64,000 bases of DNA from Eledone cirrhosa (Eukaryota), in NCBI GenBank assembly GCA_964016885.1, contig OZ024741.1, positions 324,322,001-324,386,000 of the forward strand, in the 5' to 3' direction. Under the pieces are notes generated by a model, which was not told where the DNA came from, made no database searches, and was given only the letters and a program-made list of their open reading frames with translations. A program made the translations under genes and the position numbers. How positions within the stretch are numbered: position 1 is the first letter of the stretch; the number at the start of each line of letters is the position of its first letter. Below, piece by piece: positions 60,005 to 64,000 of this stretch.

Positions 60005-60115
60005 GTACTGACAATTGTTTCGTTGATCAGGTGTGTCTAGAGTTCGCTAATCGCTTGAGGTTGCGTCAATCGATCTCCAATACATTGTTTACCACTTGTC
60101 AACACATCAGAGCAC
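60005..60115 (-). ncRNA. Type I hammerhead with A9U core variant
   Basis: Minus strand: GUGCU-CUGAUGU-GUUGA...UCAAC-GAAA-CAAUUG-UC/AGUAC. Confidence 0.7.
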
Positions 60116-60341
60116 ATAGATATGAAAATAATACACTCGAGGCAAGACTTATATAGAAGAGTAGCGTAAAAAAAAACAATAACATCAATAATAGAGATCT
60201 AATAATAGGATCTAACGACTCAGCGCAAATAACAGACGTGGTGGGAATATATATAGAGCACAACTTACATAAGGAATTCAATAACCTCTAAGGAGGAATT
60301 TATAGAGACGATACGCTCCTTATAGCCAAAAACTTAAATAA

Positions 60342-62082
60342 CACCGTGTAACATATTTTATGTTCACCGGTTCTAAGTGTCATTTCATGGTTTGTTATAT
60401 CTCATTATTACAAAAGAAAACACACTATTATTTAATCAGAAGTTAGGGTTTGTGGTCAGGAGTTTGATATTTCGAAATGTTCATATTTTTCGAGAAAAAA
60501 CACATTTTTTAAAAGTTTATCAGTTCATATAATTAAATCAACAGAGTATATATTTATTTTATTACACAAGCTTATCAAAAGCAAACAAGTAAACACAAAT
60601 AACACTTATAAAGCAACTTATACACGTCAGAAATGACTGGATTTCCTGGATTTGCGGTTGTAGTCCAGGTCGTATTCCCGCACTAGCCCCCAGATATAGT
60701 CCCCCATCATTCTTTCATTGTAGTGGCCCTCGTACCTCCGCTCTATCTCTTTCAAATCTTGGTGGAATCGTTCGCCTTGTTCTTCTGAGTAGCCGCCCAT
60801 ATTGTCCTTGAAGTTTTCCAGGTGAGCGTTCAGCATATGGAGTTTAAGCGACATCCTGCATCCCATGGCGCCAAAAGCCTTTATCAGATCCTGCACCAGT
60901 TGCTGGTAATTTTCAGCTCTATAGTTGCCCAGGAAGCCCTTAAAAACTGCCTTGAAACAGTTCCATGCTGTTCTCTCAATCCTATTGAGCTTATTGGAGA
61001 ACTCGGTAGACTCAAACACCTTTATCTGAGGTCCAACAAAATTCCACCTTTGATTTTGGCCTCAGATAACTTGGGGAAGAACTCAAGAAGGTATTTAAAA
61101 GCGGCTGATTCTTGGTTGAGAGCCTTCACAAACTGCTTCATCAACCCCAACTTAATGTGCAGTGGCGGCATGAGCACAATCATGGGATCAACCAGTAGCT
61201 CCCACATGACGTTCCGGGTCCCAACTACAAATTCTGTTCGCTGCTCCCAGTTCTTTATTTTGTAGTGGCCAGATATGGCTCTGCTGTCCCAAAAGCAGAG
61301 CAATCATTGGAATTTGATAAAGCCTCCTTGAAGTCCAAGCAGGAAAGCCACCATCTTGAAGTCTCCAATAATTTCCCAATTGTACTGGTTGTATTGCAGA
61401 GCTTCCAAGAGGACTTTCAGACTGTAATAATCTTCCTTCATGCAGACTGAATGAGCTAGGGGCAGTGTCGGGAACTTGTTTCCATTGTGGAGGAGGTCAG
61501 CCTTCAAACTTGTGGTGGAGCTATCTATAAATAGCCGCCACTCCTTGGGTACAAACGGCACCCTTATAACCTCAAACAGTCCAGGCACGTCATAGCATAA
61601 GCAGAGGCCATACCTAAGAATGTAAAAGCCTGAGAGAGGTTCGTGTCGACTTCTCTGACTTGTCACCTGCACTTCCTCCTTGACCAAGTTCCACTGCTTC
61701 ATCCTGGAGACGAATGCTTAAAACACAATTTACCCTTTATTCAGGGTGCGAAAATCCAGTATCAATAAATCTCTTTAATCCACTTTTTAACAATTTTATA
61801 CTTTATTCCACTTTTATAATTTTCTTTAGGTATTACTCTTTATTTTATAATTTTAATTTAACCTGAAACATATATAAAAAAATCATTTAACATAAGGAAA
61901 TTAAACTTACATACAACGTAAAATCCAGCATACAAATAATTCTAGTGAATAGCTTAGAATTTTTACAAACCCAAACTTTTAGCTGTTTAATAGCACTTCT
62001 TTTATTTATTTGGGACCTAAGCAACACAAAAAAGTGATTACAAGCCAGGAACAAAGAAAAAGTTTTTTTTGTTTTTTTATTA
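60342..62082 (-). mobile_element. Chapaev3-like (CMC) DNA transposon, transposase disrupted and N-terminally deleted
   Basis: LFIDSS..SLKA.LLHNGN, GDFKM..FLLGLQGG, PPLHIKLGLMKQFVKAL, MSLKLH, SEEQGERFHQD; terminus CACCGTGTAACA; TAA duplicated at 60339-41 and 62083-85. Family name is from recalled motifs. Confidence 0.8.
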
Positions 62083-64000
62083 TAATCAGAACATGGAAAG
62101 ATTACGAAAAAACATTAGAATATTCTTTTAAAAAACTAGGCCTAGGTATCGCCTTCGAACTTAACTCTAAAAAAGCAAATTTCATAGAAGTAACTCTCAA
62201 CCTAAACACAGGACTAATCGAGTCCTTCCATAAGATTAACGAAAACCTAGCCTATATTAGTTACAACTCAAATCACCCCCGATCCATAATTAACTCCATA
62301 GAACATAGTATATCCCTCAGAATATCCCGCCTATCTTCGAACCTAGAAATGTTTAATGAACACGCAAACTATTATAACTTAGCTTTACATAAGGCTGGAC
62401 ATAGGGAGAAGCTGCAATACATACTAGACAAAGACAACAACAAACCTAATGACACCAACACTACTCGCTCATACAGAAATAACAAGCATAGGACTAAGCA
62501 TAGAATTAAACAACGAGCACCAAAAATAACCGAACAGAACACTAATAATAGGAACCCCCAAAACTATAAAAGAACCAGAGTGAGAAAGTACCTATGGTTC
62601 GATCCAATTTTCAACTCCTCTATTAAAACTACCTTCTACATTCTATAAACTAATAGCTAAACACTTCCCTACACTACACAGATACCATAAAATCTTCAAT
62701 AGAAAAACTATAAAACTTTCATACACTACAGCAGCCAACTTAGAATCGCACATACGTAAGATCAACCACAAAAATAACTCTAAGGAATCTATCCTACCAA
62801 CGCACACCGTAGCACCAAATACAAAACACAAACACATGTCAACATCACAACCACAAACATATCAGGAGGCATCACAACAAAACATTAAAAGGCCTAAATC
62901 ACAACCCACCCACAACAACTTACAAAATCGCAATGAAGAACATGCACAAAATAAAACCTCAAACTGTAATTTCCACCTACCAGATAAGTTCCCACTACGT
63001 AATAGATGCCTGGATTCGAGCATGGTATACCTGTGTACTGTGAATTCAGGCAACTCTACTTGGCACTACATAGGTTCTACAGCTGGGGCGTTTAAGAAAA
63101 GGTGGTACGTCCACAGACACTCCATGAAAAACCATGCACTGGAGAATTCTACAACGCCCGCCAATAAAATCTGGCTGCTTAAGGAATACAAGATAAGCTG
63201 GTCAAAATTTTCGGCAGCAAAAGCCTACAGCAACGGTATGTCCCACTGCGGGCTCTGTAATTTAGAACTGCTATATATTTTAAGCTACGATAAGATGCTG
63301 CTTAACAGCAAAATAGAAAGATTCATTTTTTGTAGGCATAAAATAGCTACTAGATTTACAAACTTCAAACCACCATGATTCGAACCAGCAATCCCAAAAT
63401 TAGTACTGAACCACCTAGACTTTAACATATAGAATACATACGTTCACATCGCTATTAGCTATCATACTGCCAACCGATCACAGGATTATAAATCTCTGTA
63501 CACTTATTCCACACTCTCTCCATCAACTTCATTAAGATAGAACAACCAACATCAACAACGAACGTTTATCAAATGACCCGTCAACCCATAAATAGTATAC
63601 ACCAATTAATCTATATTTTATTGTTTTCTATTTTACCGGACCCTCCACACAAATTTATCTACTTCTAAAATCTGATCTCTCATGTTAGCACCAAGGAACA
63701 CTTTCTTAAAATCTAACTCTAAGTACAATATATCACTCTTTCATTTCTTTTATTTCTTTCTATTTTCCATTTCCTCGTTTTCTTCTTATTATTATTTTTC
63801 AATGTACCCTACATTGTATCTTACTTGTCACTTTTTACACCTGTAACTTCTCTATCGATTTACCATACATGTTTTATTTTTAATTATACGCCGCTCTATT
63901 ATTGATGTTATTGTTTTGTTTTACGCTACTCCTCTATATAAGTCTTGCCTCGAGTGAATTATTTTCATATCTATGTGCTCTGATGTGTTGACAAGTGGTA

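Larger units (their letters stand above)
59951..64000 (+). mobile_element. Naiad-type PLE, 5'-truncated with inverted pseudo-LTR (59951-60196), interrupted by a DNA transposon
   Basis: 60196-60341 reads GSNDSAQITDVVG...*GGIYRDD. It resumes at 62083 (NQNMERLRK...FIEVTLNL...SNHP), followed by GIY-YIG 62836-63378. 63894-64000 is the reverse complement of 60090-60196. Confidence 0.9.

Overview
AT-rich, microsatellite-dense animal DNA. The SINE families suggest an octopod cephalopod (inference). The only host gene I can support is the 3' half of an SLC6 (neurotransmitter:sodium symporter) gene on the + strand: six GT-AG exons, 8421-37859, encoding TM8 to the C-terminus. The rest is mobile DNA: three Naiad-type Penelope-like elements (PLEs), another GIY-YIG PLE, a Dong/R4-type LINE, an RTE LINE with bipartite derivatives, mariner/Tc1 relics, a Chapaev3-like transposon nested in a PLE RT, and many SINEs. 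Reading by eye found about 15 full or degenerate type I hammerhead ribozyme motifs in PLE termini and in ORF-less 525-560 bp retrozyme-like units, plus many fold-back junctions that fall in hammerhead stems. The top finding is a 621-625 bp non-coding tandem element with three motif copies (826-928, 57838-57941, 58464-58565). All hammerhead core nucleotides are present, but in a non-circularly permuted, pseudoknotted order, with a canonical kink-turn in stem III. All RNA folds are manual predictions; no search or folding program was run.
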